Positions 1 to 8,754 of a stretch of 64,000 nucleotides of DNA are shown here, piece by piece (the first letter of the stretch is position 1; every line of letters starts with the position of its first letter). Under the pieces are notes generated by a model. The model was not told where the DNA came from. It searched no databases and was given only the letters and a program-made list of their open reading frames with translations. This stretch comes from Candidatus Spongiisociaceae bacterium (lineage in GTDB: Bacteria > Actinomycetota > Acidimicrobiia > Spongiisociales > Spongiisociaceae): contig OZ253564.1 of NCBI GenBank assembly GCA_965262915.1, positions 3,040,001-3,104,000 on the forward strand, in the 5' to 3' direction. The translations under genes and the position numbers were made by a program.

Positions 1-54
1 TTGATCGGGATGCTTCTGGCCGTGACGGCCCGGGCTCGCGTGAAAGTTCTGTAA
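1..54 (+). CDS. 3' end of a gene entering the window (hydrophobic tail LIGMLLAVTARARVKVL*)
   Basis: Open frame 1 from base 1 to TAA at 52-54; convergent with ddl. Confidence 0.45.
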   Translation: MIGMLLAVTARARVKVL

Positions 55-85
55 CAGGTCCGATCGTCGGGAGAGCTTGGGGGAG

Positions 86-1162
86 TCAGCCGAGCTTGGC
101 GGCGATCGAAGCGGCGCTCTGTAGGGCAACCCCGTCGGCCCCCGCTGTGGAGAACACCCGAGCCTTCGATCCCTCCATCTCGCCCACGAGGTCCACGACG
201 ATCCGTTGGCGGCTGATAGGTGGATCTACCCACAGGTAGAGCGACAGGCTGCCGGGGATGGTGTTTATCTCGTTGACCCACAGATCACCGTCACGCTCCA
301 GGAAGTCGAGGCGGGCAATCGACCGGATGCCGGCCAGTTCGGTGACGGTACGGGCCAGCGACCGGATACGAGCCTCCAGTGCTTCGGGAAGTGACGCCGG
401 GAGCTCCCGTGCGGATCCTTCGATGCCACCCCCGGACAGGTACTTCTCGCGGTAGCCATAGAACTTCTCGCTCGCCGGCGCCTCGATAGCGGACAGTTGG
501 AACTCCGGATAGGTGCGGATAGCGATGTTCAGGTCCCGGCCACCGCCCAGATACGGTTCGATGACCGCCCCCCTATCCATGTGGGGCGAGGAGCGGAGCA
601 ACGCCAGAGCGGTGTCGTAGTCGTCCACCACCTCGATACCGATGGAGGAGCCCCCGAAACGGGGCTTCACGATGTAGGGAGGAGGGAAGTCGGGTTCGGC
701 ATCGGCGGTCACCAGCCGACGCGGCAGGCTCGGCAGGCCGGCAGCCAGCACCAGGGCGCCGAAGGCCAACTTGTCCATGGCGACAGCCGACGCGGCCGCA
801 TCCGGGCCCGAGTAGCGGATCCCGACGATGTCGAGTGCCCCCTGCAGGGTTCCGTCCTCCCCCGGCCCCCCGTGGCAGCAGATCAATGCGGTGTCGACCT
901 CCAGCCGTCGGCGTTTGACCATCCATCCCGCCCCTGGCTCGGCCACTAAACGCAGATCCCTCGACTTGGGCGGCGGTCCGGTGGCGTAGTCGGATGCCTC
1001 ACCCGTCGGATCGACCCTGTACCAGCGGCCCACCTTCGACCAGTAGATCGCGATCGGATCCCGCCCGGCCTCGGCGAGCAGGCGAGCGGCCTGCAATCCG
1101 GTCAGGACGCTGATGTCGTGCTCGGGCGATGGACCACCGAACACCACCCCCGGATGGCTCAT
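86..1162 (-). CDS. ddl: D-alanine--D-alanine ligase
   Basis: VVFGGPSPEHDIS, HGGPGEDG, KPRFGGSSIG, NEINTIPG motifs; ATG at 1162 with GGAGGA RBS. Confidence 0.93.
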   Translation of the reverse strand: MSHPGVVFGGPSPEHDISVLTGLQAARLLAEAGRDPIAIYWSKVGRWYRVDPTGEASDYATGPPPKSRDLRLVAEPGAGWMVKRRRLEVDTALICCHGGPGEDGTLQGALDIVGIRYSGPDAAASAVAMDKLAFGALVLAAGLPSLPRRLVTADAEPDFPPPYIVKPRFGGSSIGIEVVDDYDTALALLRSSPHMDRGAVIEPYLGGGRDLNIAIRTYPEFQLSAIEAPASEKFYGYREKYLSGGGIEGSARELPASLPEALEARIRSLARTVTELAGIRSIARLDFLERDGDLWVNEINTIPGSLSLYLWVDPPISRQRIVVDLVGEMEGSKARVFSTAGADGVALQSAASIAAKLG

Positions 1163-1226
1163 CCCTCTCCTCCAGGCATCTCGGAATCCCGTGTAGACAC
1201 CGGCACTTCGGTATGCGACCAAGGCT

Positions 1227-1461
1227 AGTGGTCTGTCTGTGAAATGGCGTCGTGCCGTGCAAGCAGGGCACGGCAAGTTGTCTTGCTGGCGGACTACTGT
1301 GGTCTGTCTGTGAAATGGCGTTGTGGCATGCGCCGGCAGCGGCGTTCCTCGCAAGGCCGGCCGACGAAGGCGTACCGGGAGCGTACGTTGAGGAGGCCGA
1401 ACGCAGCGAGGGGCGTCGATGGCAAGCAGGGCACGGCAAGTTGTTTTGCAGACAGACCACT
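1227..1461. mobile_element. MITE family A: internally deleted unit (1227-1298) plus full unit (1299-1461)
   Basis: Terminal inverted repeats GTGGTCTGTCTG/CAGACAGACCAC; homologous to 63083-63250 and 31195-31328. Confidence 0.75.
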
Positions 1462-1534
1462 GGGCGGCCCGAGGCGGTCCTCCGTTGATCTTCGCAGTCC
1501 CCGGGCGGCGGAGGGCCGGGCCGGCGCCGGGGGG

Positions 1535-3088
1535 TTACGGGTAGTGGTCCGGCAGGTCGTTCTCGTAGAGGACCACATCGCCGGGTCCGAGACGGCAGCG
1601 GACCCACTCGACGGCCTCATCCCGGGTGTCTACCAACGTCACCGTAGCCTTGCCGTCCCGGGCTCCCTCGACCATCGAGCGGCGGTTGGTCCGGCCCACG
1701 ATGACGAGGTCGTCGGCGACGTCCGCAGCCGCAGCCGCGAACCGGGCGTTGTGGCTCCGCTGCAGCGGCCCGAGTTCGACCATCCCGGGGGTGACCACCA
1801 CCCGGCGCGCCCGTTCCCCGCCGTTGACCGCCAGGACCTCGACAGCCCTGGCGGCGCCCGTAGGATTGGAGTTGAAAGTGTCGTCGATGATCGTGAACCC
1901 CTTGGTGGATCGCCCGATCGACTGGCGGTGCTCCGTCTGGGTGATCCTGTCGCTCCGCCTGGAGATATCTGCGGGTGCGACACCTACTTCGAGAGCCACC
2001 GCCACCGCGCATGCCAGATTGGCCCCGAACACCTTGGTGGCCGGTACCGCACCGATCCGCTCACCCCGCGCCAGGATGGCGACCTCGTCCCCTTCTGTGC
2101 GGACCCGGACATCGGTAGCTGCCTCCGTCGAACCGCATCGCCAGATCCTTGGACCGTCACCACCTGATGCCACACTTCCGGCCAGGGTCGCCAGAAGGGG
2201 ATGATCGACGTTGAGTACCACCACGTCCGCGCCTGCGACTATCTCGGATTTGGCCTCGAGGATTCGTTGCTCGGTCTTGAACCGCTGCAGATGGACCGGT
2301 CCGATGGCAGTCAGCACTGCTATCGATGGGGGCAACCACGAGCACATCTCGGCGATCTCGCCGCGCCCGTAGGTGCCCATCTCGGCTATGAAGACCTCGG
2401 CGTCGGGCGTGAGGTGCTCGTTCACCGCCCGCGCCAGCCCCAAGCGGTTGTTGAAGCTCGCCGGACTGGCGACCACTCGCCTCGTACCTTCCACGAGATC
2501 GCACACGTACCACTTGGTCGATGTCTTCCCGTAGCTGCCGGTGATGCCCACGACCATCGGAGCGACGCGTTCGAGGGTACGGGACGCCTGGTCGACAAAC
2601 CTCTGTGACAGGCGCTTCTCCAGGGGGCCGGCGATCCAGAGCGCTACGTCCAGCGCGAAGTAGAACAGTACGGTGCCGACGATGGTGGCGGTGCCCTGCG
2701 GCGTACGACCGGTTACCGACAGGACGAGCCACGTCACCAGCGCTGTGGCGCCGAACAGGACCCCCGCCGAGAGGGCTGCCATCCGTTTGAGGCGGGTCGT
2801 CCAGACCAGTGAGGATGTCCGGCCTCGGAGGGTCAGTCCGAGCGGGAACACCGCCAGCGCCGCCGAGCCGAGCAGGGGCCAGAAGGAGTCGGGCCGGATG
2901 ACCCACCCGACCGCGGCCGCTACCACCAGTACGGGCTCGGCCATGTTCAACACCCTGCTCCCGAGCCAGATCCGCCGGATCCCGCCCACCGAGCGGGCCA
3001 GGTAGTGCTCGCGCTGGGCGACCCGCAGCCACTTGATGCCCGCTACCGCCACTGCTGCGGCGCCCAGTACCGGCATCACCCAGGTCAC
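1535..3088 (-). CDS. murF: UDP-MurNAc-tripeptide--D-Ala-D-Ala ligase with N-terminal membrane segments
   Basis: GITGSYGKTSTK P-loop, SFNNRLG, EMG, IDDTFNSNP, TPGMVELG, C-terminal ENDLPDHY. Confidence 0.9.
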   Translation of the reverse strand: MTWVMPVLGAAAVAVAGIKWLRVAQREHYLARSVGGIRRIWLGSRVLNMAEPVLVVAAAVGWVIRPDSFWPLLGSAALAVFPLGLTLRGRTSSLVWTTRLKRMAALSAGVLFGATALVTWLVLSVTGRTPQGTATIVGTVLFYFALDVALWIAGPLEKRLSQRFVDQASRTLERVAPMVVGITGSYGKTSTKWYVCDLVEGTRRVVASPASFNNRLGLARAVNEHLTPDAEVFIAEMGTYGRGEIAEMCSWLPPSIAVLTAIGPVHLQRFKTEQRILEAKSEIVAGADVVVLNVDHPLLATLAGSVASGGDGPRIWRCGSTEAATDVRVRTEGDEVAILARGERIGAVPATKVFGANLACAVAVALEVGVAPADISRRSDRITQTEHRQSIGRSTKGFTIIDDTFNSNPTGAARAVEVLAVNGGERARRVVVTPGMVELGPLQRSHNARFAAAAADVADDLVIVGRTNRRSMVEGARDGKATVTLVDTRDEAVEWVRCRLGPGDVVLYENDLPDHYP

Positions 3089-3819
3089 AGGAGCCCCTCG
3101 ATGGCCGAACGGATCCGGTCGGGCGCTTCGCGCGGGACATCATGACCGCAATGTCCCACGACATCCACCTCTACCTCGGCCAGTAACCGGGCGGAGCGGT
3201 GAGCCACCTCCGGGGGGACTTCCTGATCGTCCACACCCCAAACCATCCGGACGGGGCAGGTCACACGGGCCAGTTCGCGTTCGTAGGTCTCGTTGACCAC
3301 CTTGACCAGGATGTCACGCATCACGCCAGAGGCTGCCTTGTAGTCGGCCGATCCCCGCTTGCGCTTCTCCCGTTCGAGGATCTCGTCGCTTATCAACCCC
3401 ATCCGGTGGCCCCACCGCACCAACCGGTAGGCGAGCGGCGGTTTTCGCACGGGCTGGTCGGCACGCCGCAGGAGTGGAACGCCCGCGAGGACCAGCCCCG
3501 CAACCAGTTCCGGCCTGGATGCGGCCAGCACCGTACCCACCCGGCCACCGAACGAGTGTCCCACCACGACCGGACGAACGGCGAGTTCCCGCACCAACTC
3601 CGCAACCACGTCCGCATACCCGGCGGCCCCGACGACCTCGGCAGGAGGCGGGCTCGCTCCGAATCCGGGAAGGTCGACCGATACAGCGTCGAGTCCATCC
3701 AACACCTTCGCGAAGTCACGCCGATCCCTCCCCCATCCGTGCAACGCAACGACCCTCGGGTCCCCCGAGCCGTAACGATCCGCAAACAGCCGTCCGCCGG
3801 CATAGTTCGTCAAGGGCAT
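3085..3819 (-). CDS. alpha/beta hydrolase
   Basis: LHGWG, DLPGFG, GHSFGG nucleophile elbow, C-terminal GH; overlaps murF start. Confidence 0.88.
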   Translation of the reverse strand: MPLTNYAGGRLFADRYGSGDPRVVALHGWGRDRRDFAKVLDGLDAVSVDLPGFGASPPPAEVVGAAGYADVVAELVRELAVRPVVVGHSFGGRVGTVLAASRPELVAGLVLAGVPLLRRADQPVRKPPLAYRLVRWGHRMGLISDEILEREKRKRGSADYKAASGVMRDILVKVVNETYERELARVTCPVRMVWGVDDQEVPPEVAHRSARLLAEVEVDVVGHCGHDVPREAPDRIRSAIEGLL

Positions 3820-3977
3820 GGATCGCTCCTCTCTGCCGATCGGTCCCGTACAAGTTTCTCGATGGAGATGGCCCCCGACATCGGGGACGCAGCCGACGAG
3901 CACGGCGGTGTCGGTACTTTACGGCGGTCCTACCGGAAGAAAGGGCGAGGGCGGCTCGGAGGTGGGTGGTCAGCCCC

Positions 3978-4769
3978 CTACTCGGGGGACCGGTCGGAGG
4001 TGGCGATGGCGTGGAAGCCGCCGTCGACGTGGATCACCTCCCCGGTCACCTTGGTGGAGAAATCCGACAGCATGACGCAGATCATGTTGGCTACCGGGGT
4101 GGGGTCGGTGGTGTCCCAGGTGAGGGGGGCCCGTTCGTCCCACACATCCTGGAAGCGGGAGAACCCGGCGATGCCCTTGGCGGCCACGGTTGACAACGGG
4201 CCGGCGGAGACGGCGTTGACCCGGACGTTGTGGGGTCCCAGGTCACGGGCCAGGTAGCGGGTCACCGAGGCCAGAGCCGCCTTGCAGACGCCCATCCAGT
4301 CGTAGACCGGCCAGGCCTGGGTGCTGTTGTCGAAGTCGAGGGTGACCAGCGACCCGCCGCCGGCCTCCCGGAACAAGGGGAGCAGGCCGACGGCCAGAGT
4401 CTTGTAGGAGAAGGTCGAGGTGGTGAAAGCCAGCGCGGCGCTCTCCGAAGGCGTAGTCAGGAAGTTGCCACCCAGAGCGTCCTCGGGGGCGTAGGCGATG
4501 GCGTGGACCGCGCCGTCCAGACTGCCCCATCGTCCGGTCAGTTCGGCCACCAACTGCTCCATGTGGGCCGCGTCGTTGATGTCGAGCTCGAACACGTCGG
4601 GGGGGTCAGGCAAGCGCCGGGCGGACCTCTCGGTGAGGCGCATCCCCCGCCCGAATCCGGTCAGGACTATCTGGGCGCCCTGTTCCTGGGCGACCTTGGC
4701 CGTGTGCCAGGCGATGGAGCCGTGGGTGAGCACGCCGGTTATCAGCAGTCGTTTACCTGTCAGCAGCAT
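3978..4769 (-). CDS. fabI: enoyl-ACP reductase (InhA-like)
   Basis: GKRLLITGV, SIAWH, YDWMGVCKA, AVSAGP. Confidence 0.93.
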   Translation of the reverse strand: MLLTGKRLLITGVLTHGSIAWHTAKVAQEQGAQIVLTGFGRGMRLTERSARRLPDPPDVFELDINDAAHMEQLVAELTGRWGSLDGAVHAIAYAPEDALGGNFLTTPSESAALAFTTSTFSYKTLAVGLLPLFREAGGGSLVTLDFDNSTQAWPVYDWMGVCKAALASVTRYLARDLGPHNVRVNAVSAGPLSTVAAKGIAGFSRFQDVWDERAPLTWDTTDPTPVANMICVMLSDFSTKVTGEVIHVDGGFHAIATSDRSPE

Positions 4770-4806
4770 GGCACTCCTCCCCCGCCCGGGTGTAGGGCTC
4801 CGGTCC

Positions 4807-4911
4807 TGGGAGAGTGCTGAGAAACCCTCCGTTGGCCCGACGGCCGATGGAAATCTACTTGTTCAGCGGACGGCGGGCCAACTGCTACCACCGTTTCTCA
4901 GCATTCTGCCA
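4807..4911. mobile_element. MITE family B copy 1
   Basis: GGAGAGTGCTGAGAAA...TTTCTCAGCATTCT ends; internal IR GTTGGCCCG/CGGGCCAAC. Confidence 0.75.
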
Positions 4912-4935
4912 GAGACCGGCCCGGTTCCCGGTGGC

Positions 4936-6897
4936 TCACTCCTCGTCGCCGGGGGCCGCGGCCGCCTTCTCGGCGATCTCGGCCACGATGTCGGCGTTGG
5001 CGAGGGTGGTGACATCGCCCAGTTTCCGCTGCTCGGAGATGTCGCGTAGCAGGCGGCGCATGATCTTCCCCGACCGGGTCTTGGGCACGTCCGCGGTGAA
5101 CACGATGCTCTTGGGCTTGGCGATGGGCCCGATGACCTTCGCCACATGGTTCCGCAGGGTGGTGATCAGCGCGCTGTCACCCTCGAAGTCGCCCCGCAGG
5201 CTCACGAAGGCCGCGATCGCCTGACCGGTGATCGGGTCGGTGCGGCCCACCACGGCCGCTTCCGCCACCGACGGGTGGGAGACCAGGGCCGACTCGACCT
5301 CCATCGTCGAGATGTTGTGTCCAGACACCAGCATCACGTCGTCGACCCGGCCCAGCAACCACAGGTAGCCGTCGTCGTCGAGCTTGGCGCCGTCGCCCGG
5401 GAAGTAGAGGCCCTCGAAGCGGGACCAGTAGGTGTCGACGTACCGCTGATCGTCGCCCCAGATGGAACGCAGCATCGACGGCCACGAGTTGCGGATCACC
5501 AGGTAGCCGCCCCCTCCCCTGCCGACCGAGGCGCCTTCCTCGTCCAACACGTCGGCGATGATTCCCGGCATGGTGGTGGTCGCGCTACCGGGCTTGGTCG
5601 TGGTGATGCCCGGCAGCGGCGAGATCATGATCGAACCGGTCTCGGTCTGCCACCATGTGTCCACCACCGGAGAAGAACCGCCGCCGATGTGCTCGTGATA
5701 CCACATCCACGCTTCCGGGTTGATGGGTTCTCCCACCGTGCCCAGCAGGCGTATGGAGGAAAGATCGTGACGCTGCGGGTACTCCTCGCCCCACTTCATG
5801 AACATCCGGATGGCGGTGGGAGCCGTGTAGAGCTGGGTCACCCCGTACTTGGCGATGATCGACCAGAGACGGTCCTTGTCGGGGTACGCGGGCGTCCCCT
5901 CGTACATGACCGAGGTGGTCTGGTTGGCCAGAGGGCCGTAGACGATGTAGGTATGCCCGGTCACCCACCCGATATCGGCCGCGCACCAGTAGATGTCGTG
6001 GTCGGGCTTGATGTCGAACACGTAGCTGTGGGTGGTGGTGGCGCCCACCAGGTAGCCGCCGGTGGTGTGCATGATCCCCTTGGGCTTGCCGGTGGTACCC
6101 GACGTGTAGAGGATGTAGAGCAGGTCTTCGGCGTTCATCACCTCGGGTGGGCAGTCAGCCGCCTGGCCTTCCACCAGGTCGTGCCACCAGATGTCGCGCC
6201 CCGGTGTCATCGCTACGTCGTTGCCGGTGCGAGCCACCACGATGCAGTTGCGGATCAGGTCGGTGCGTTCCATCGCCTGGTCGGCCGCTCCCTTGAGGTC
6301 GATCACGCCTCCGCCCCGCCAGGCCCCGTCGCAGGTGATGAGTACCTCGACTCCGGCATCCTCCACCCGGTCGACGATGGCTTCCGAGGAGAATCCTCCG
6401 AAGATGACGCTGTGGGCTGCGCCGATACGGGCGCAGGCCAGCATGGCGATGGCCAGTTCGGGAACCATGCCCATGTACATGGCGATGCGGTCGCCCTTCT
6501 GCACGCCGATGGAGCGGAGCCCGTTGGCGAAACGGCACACCTCTTCGTAGAGGTCGCGGTAGGTGAGCACCCGCTCGTCCCCCGGCTCGCCCTCCCAGTA
6601 GTAGGCCACCTTGTCACCGCGGCCCGCCTCGATGTGGCGGTCCAGGCAGTTGTAGGCGATGTTGAGCTCGCCGTCGGAGAACCACTTGAAGAAGGGCGGA
6701 TTGGAGTCGTCCAGCATCACCGAGGGCTCCTTGAACCAGGTGACGCGGTTGCGTGCCTGGGCCTCCCAGTACGCCACCGGGTCTACCCCCGCCTCCTCGT
6801 GCAGGCCGGGCTGGGCGTTGGCCTGGGAGGTGAAGTCGGAGGATGGCGGGAACGTACGGTCTTCTTGCAACAGGCTTTCGATGGTGCGCTCGGCCAC
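4936..6897 (-). CDS. acs: acetyl-CoA synthetase
   Basis: YTSGTTGKPKG, DTWWQTE, PKTRSGKIMRR. Confidence 0.96.
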   Translation of the reverse strand: MAERTIESLLQEDRTFPPSSDFTSQANAQPGLHEEAGVDPVAYWEAQARNRVTWFKEPSVMLDDSNPPFFKWFSDGELNIAYNCLDRHIEAGRGDKVAYYWEGEPGDERVLTYRDLYEEVCRFANGLRSIGVQKGDRIAMYMGMVPELAIAMLACARIGAAHSVIFGGFSSEAIVDRVEDAGVEVLITCDGAWRGGGVIDLKGAADQAMERTDLIRNCIVVARTGNDVAMTPGRDIWWHDLVEGQAADCPPEVMNAEDLLYILYTSGTTGKPKGIMHTTGGYLVGATTTHSYVFDIKPDHDIYWCAADIGWVTGHTYIVYGPLANQTTSVMYEGTPAYPDKDRLWSIIAKYGVTQLYTAPTAIRMFMKWGEEYPQRHDLSSIRLLGTVGEPINPEAWMWYHEHIGGGSSPVVDTWWQTETGSIMISPLPGITTTKPGSATTTMPGIIADVLDEEGASVGRGGGGYLVIRNSWPSMLRSIWGDDQRYVDTYWSRFEGLYFPGDGAKLDDDGYLWLLGRVDDVMLVSGHNISTMEVESALVSHPSVAEAAVVGRTDPITGQAIAAFVSLRGDFEGDSALITTLRNHVAKVIGPIAKPKSIVFTADVPKTRSGKIMRRLLRDISEQRKLGDVTTLANADIVAEIAEKAAAAPGDEE

Positions 6898-6994
6898 GTC
6901 TCCTCGCTCCGGATCGGTTGGGTCGGAGGGTACCGGCTCGCGAGGCGGGTTGCGCCGTCTCGTGGGGGTGGCCAGACGGATAGGCAGAGCCGGG

Positions 6995-7342
6995 CTACTG
7001 CCGGTGGTCGCTGCGGCGTACCCTCTTGGACATACCGTGGGGCGCTCTGAGGCAATGGGCGGTCCGGTCGTTGAGTTCTTCCATGAGACGGTTCGTCTCG
7101 ATCGTCTCGTCGAGCTTCTGGTTGGCGGCGCGGATTCGCTGCCTCATCTCCTCGGCGACCTCGTCCACGTACCGGCTCATGGCGGCGTACATCTCCTCCA
7201 TCTCGCGCCTGGAGGCTTCGATCTCCTCTCGGAGTTCGATTGTCACGGCGTCGAGGCGCCGGTTGGTGCGCCACAGGTAGTAGTAGGCGATCCCCTGGAG
7301 CAGGGCAAGGAAAGCGAGCGCGAGGTTCATCGTGAGATCCAT
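6995..7342 (-). CDS. small membrane-anchored coiled-coil hypothetical protein
   Basis: GGAGGT RBS, ATG at 7342, N-terminal hydrophobic helix then E/R-rich heptads; promoter directly upstream. Confidence 0.7.
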   Translation of the reverse strand: MDLTMNLALAFLALLQGIAYYYLWRTNRRLDAVTIELREEIEASRREMEEMYAAMSRYVDEVAEEMRQRIRAANQKLDETIETNRLMEELNDRTAHCLRAPHGMSKRVRRSDHRQ

Positions 7343-7349
7343 ACCTCCG

Positions 7350-7378
7350 ATTGTACGGGTGGAGTTGGGGAGGTTCAA
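7350..7378 (-). promoter_or_regulatory. sigma-70-type promoter TTGAAC-N17-TACAAT
   Basis: Near-consensus hexamers with 17-bp spacer just before the RBS of 6995-7342. Confidence 0.65.
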
Positions 7379-7429
7379 GGGATCCGTTCGGCGGGGACGC
7401 CGGTCCGGCGTAGGCGCTGCACGCTGTCG

Positions 7430-7542
7430 AGGGTTGCCCGGAGGGCCGCCTTCCGGGAGCGAGACTCGATGTCGATGGGGGCGATCCGGACCGCCCCGAT
7501 GTCTGTGCCCTTCAATATGCACGTTGGCCGGTAAGGTTTCAA
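7430..7542 (-). repeat. dispersed promoter-plus-leader element D, copy 1
   Basis: TTGAAA-N17-CATATT-GAAGGG then ~85 nt similar to 13553-13665. Confidence 0.65.
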
Positions 7543-7631
7543 CCCCCTCTGTTCCTGGAGGACGGATTCTTTTCTCGCGGGCTCGGGAGCCGGTGGATGG
7601 ATGGGTGTCTCCGAACGGCTATGTTGGGAAG

Positions 7632-8555
7632 GTGACCGGAATCAGGCGTCCCCGGCGTGTCCAGAGATCGATGCTGTCGGTTCCCGGATCCCGGCCGTCC
7701 CTGTTTCCCAAGGCGGCCCGCTCGGGCGCCGACCACGTCATGCTCGACCTCGAGGATGCGGTGGCGCCCGACGACAAGGAGGCCGCCCGGGCCATGGTGG
7801 TGACCGGGCTCCGCGAGGTGGACTGGCAAGGCGCCGGCCAGACGGTCACGGTGCGCATCAACGACGCCGGCACCCCGTGGATGGTGGGGGATATCCGGGC
7901 GGTGGTAACCGGGGCCGGCGACTACGTCGACACGCTGATGGTGCCGAAGGTCACCGGCCCCGAGGAGATTACCCGCGTATCCCACCTGCTCGATGATCTG
8001 GAGCAAGACCAGGGGATCTCGAGGCCCATCGGTCTGGAAGTACTCATCGAGACCGCCCGAGGGCTGGCCTGCGTCAACGCCATCGCCGGTTCCGATCCCC
8101 GTCTCGAGGCGCTCCATTTCGGCGCCGGAGACTTCGGGGCCGAAATGGGTGCCCGCACTCTCACGATCGGGGACGGTCTCGGGTATGCCGGCCGCTGGCA
8201 CGCCGTCCAGACCATGATCGCAGTCGCGGCCCGCGCCTGGGGGCTCCGGCCCATCGACTCCGCCTACGACGACTTCCACGACGACGAGGGCTATCTGGCT
8301 GCGGCAGACCGAGCGGCCGGGCTCGGCTACGAGGGCAAATGGGCCATCCACCCCCGCCAGGTGCCCCTGGCAAACCGGGTGTTCTCCCCCACGCCCGAAG
8401 AAGTTGCGGCTGCCCTGGGTCTGGTGGAGGCCATGGAAGCCGCTGCGGCCGAAGGAAAGGGAGCAGCCCGCTACCGGGGGAAGATGATCGATGCCGCCTC
8501 CAGCCGCCTGGCGGAGAACATCCTCCGCATCGCCGAGCGGGTGGACCGGAACTGA
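7632..8555 (+). CDS. HpcH/HpaI-CitE family CoA ester lyase (malyl-CoA lyase-like)
   Basis: RSMLSVPGS, LDLEDAVAPDDK, VRIN, IETARG, GKWAIHP. Confidence 0.88.
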   Translation: MTGIRRPRRVQRSMLSVPGSRPSLFPKAARSGADHVMLDLEDAVAPDDKEAARAMVVTGLREVDWQGAGQTVTVRINDAGTPWMVGDIRAVVTGAGDYVDTLMVPKVTGPEEITRVSHLLDDLEQDQGISRPIGLEVLIETARGLACVNAIAGSDPRLEALHFGAGDFGAEMGARTLTIGDGLGYAGRWHAVQTMIAVAARAWGLRPIDSAYDDFHDDEGYLAAADRAAGLGYEGKWAIHPRQVPLANRVFSPTPEEVAAALGLVEAMEAAAAEGKGAARYRGKMIDAASSRLAENILRIAERVDRN

Positions 8556-8641
8556 GCACACCGCCCGCGCTGCTCCGGCGCCCGATCCGAGAGTTGCGGT
8601 GGCGATCCGCCCAGGCCGGGCGGGAGGCCGGTGGGTGACCG

Positions 8642-8748
8642 TGGGAGAGTGCTGCAAAACGACGGGGAGCAACGGCCCGTGCCCCCCTCTGAGCAGGCAC
8701 TATGTCATCGGCCGACGGGCCAACCATTCACCCGTTTCGAACCCTCTC
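8642..8748. mobile_element. MITE family B copy 2 (degenerate right end)
   Basis: GGAGAGTGCTGCAAAACG...GGCCCG...TGTCATCGGCCGACGGGCC core. Confidence 0.7.
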
Positions 8749-8754
8749 AGAGGG

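Noticed and set aside
5146-7050. 634-aa plus-strand ORF and similar long antisense ORFs (e.g. 10488-11891, 27383-28756, 41095-42255, 53146-54975)
   Set aside because: Shadow ORFs of real genes caused by high GC; no recognisable motifs
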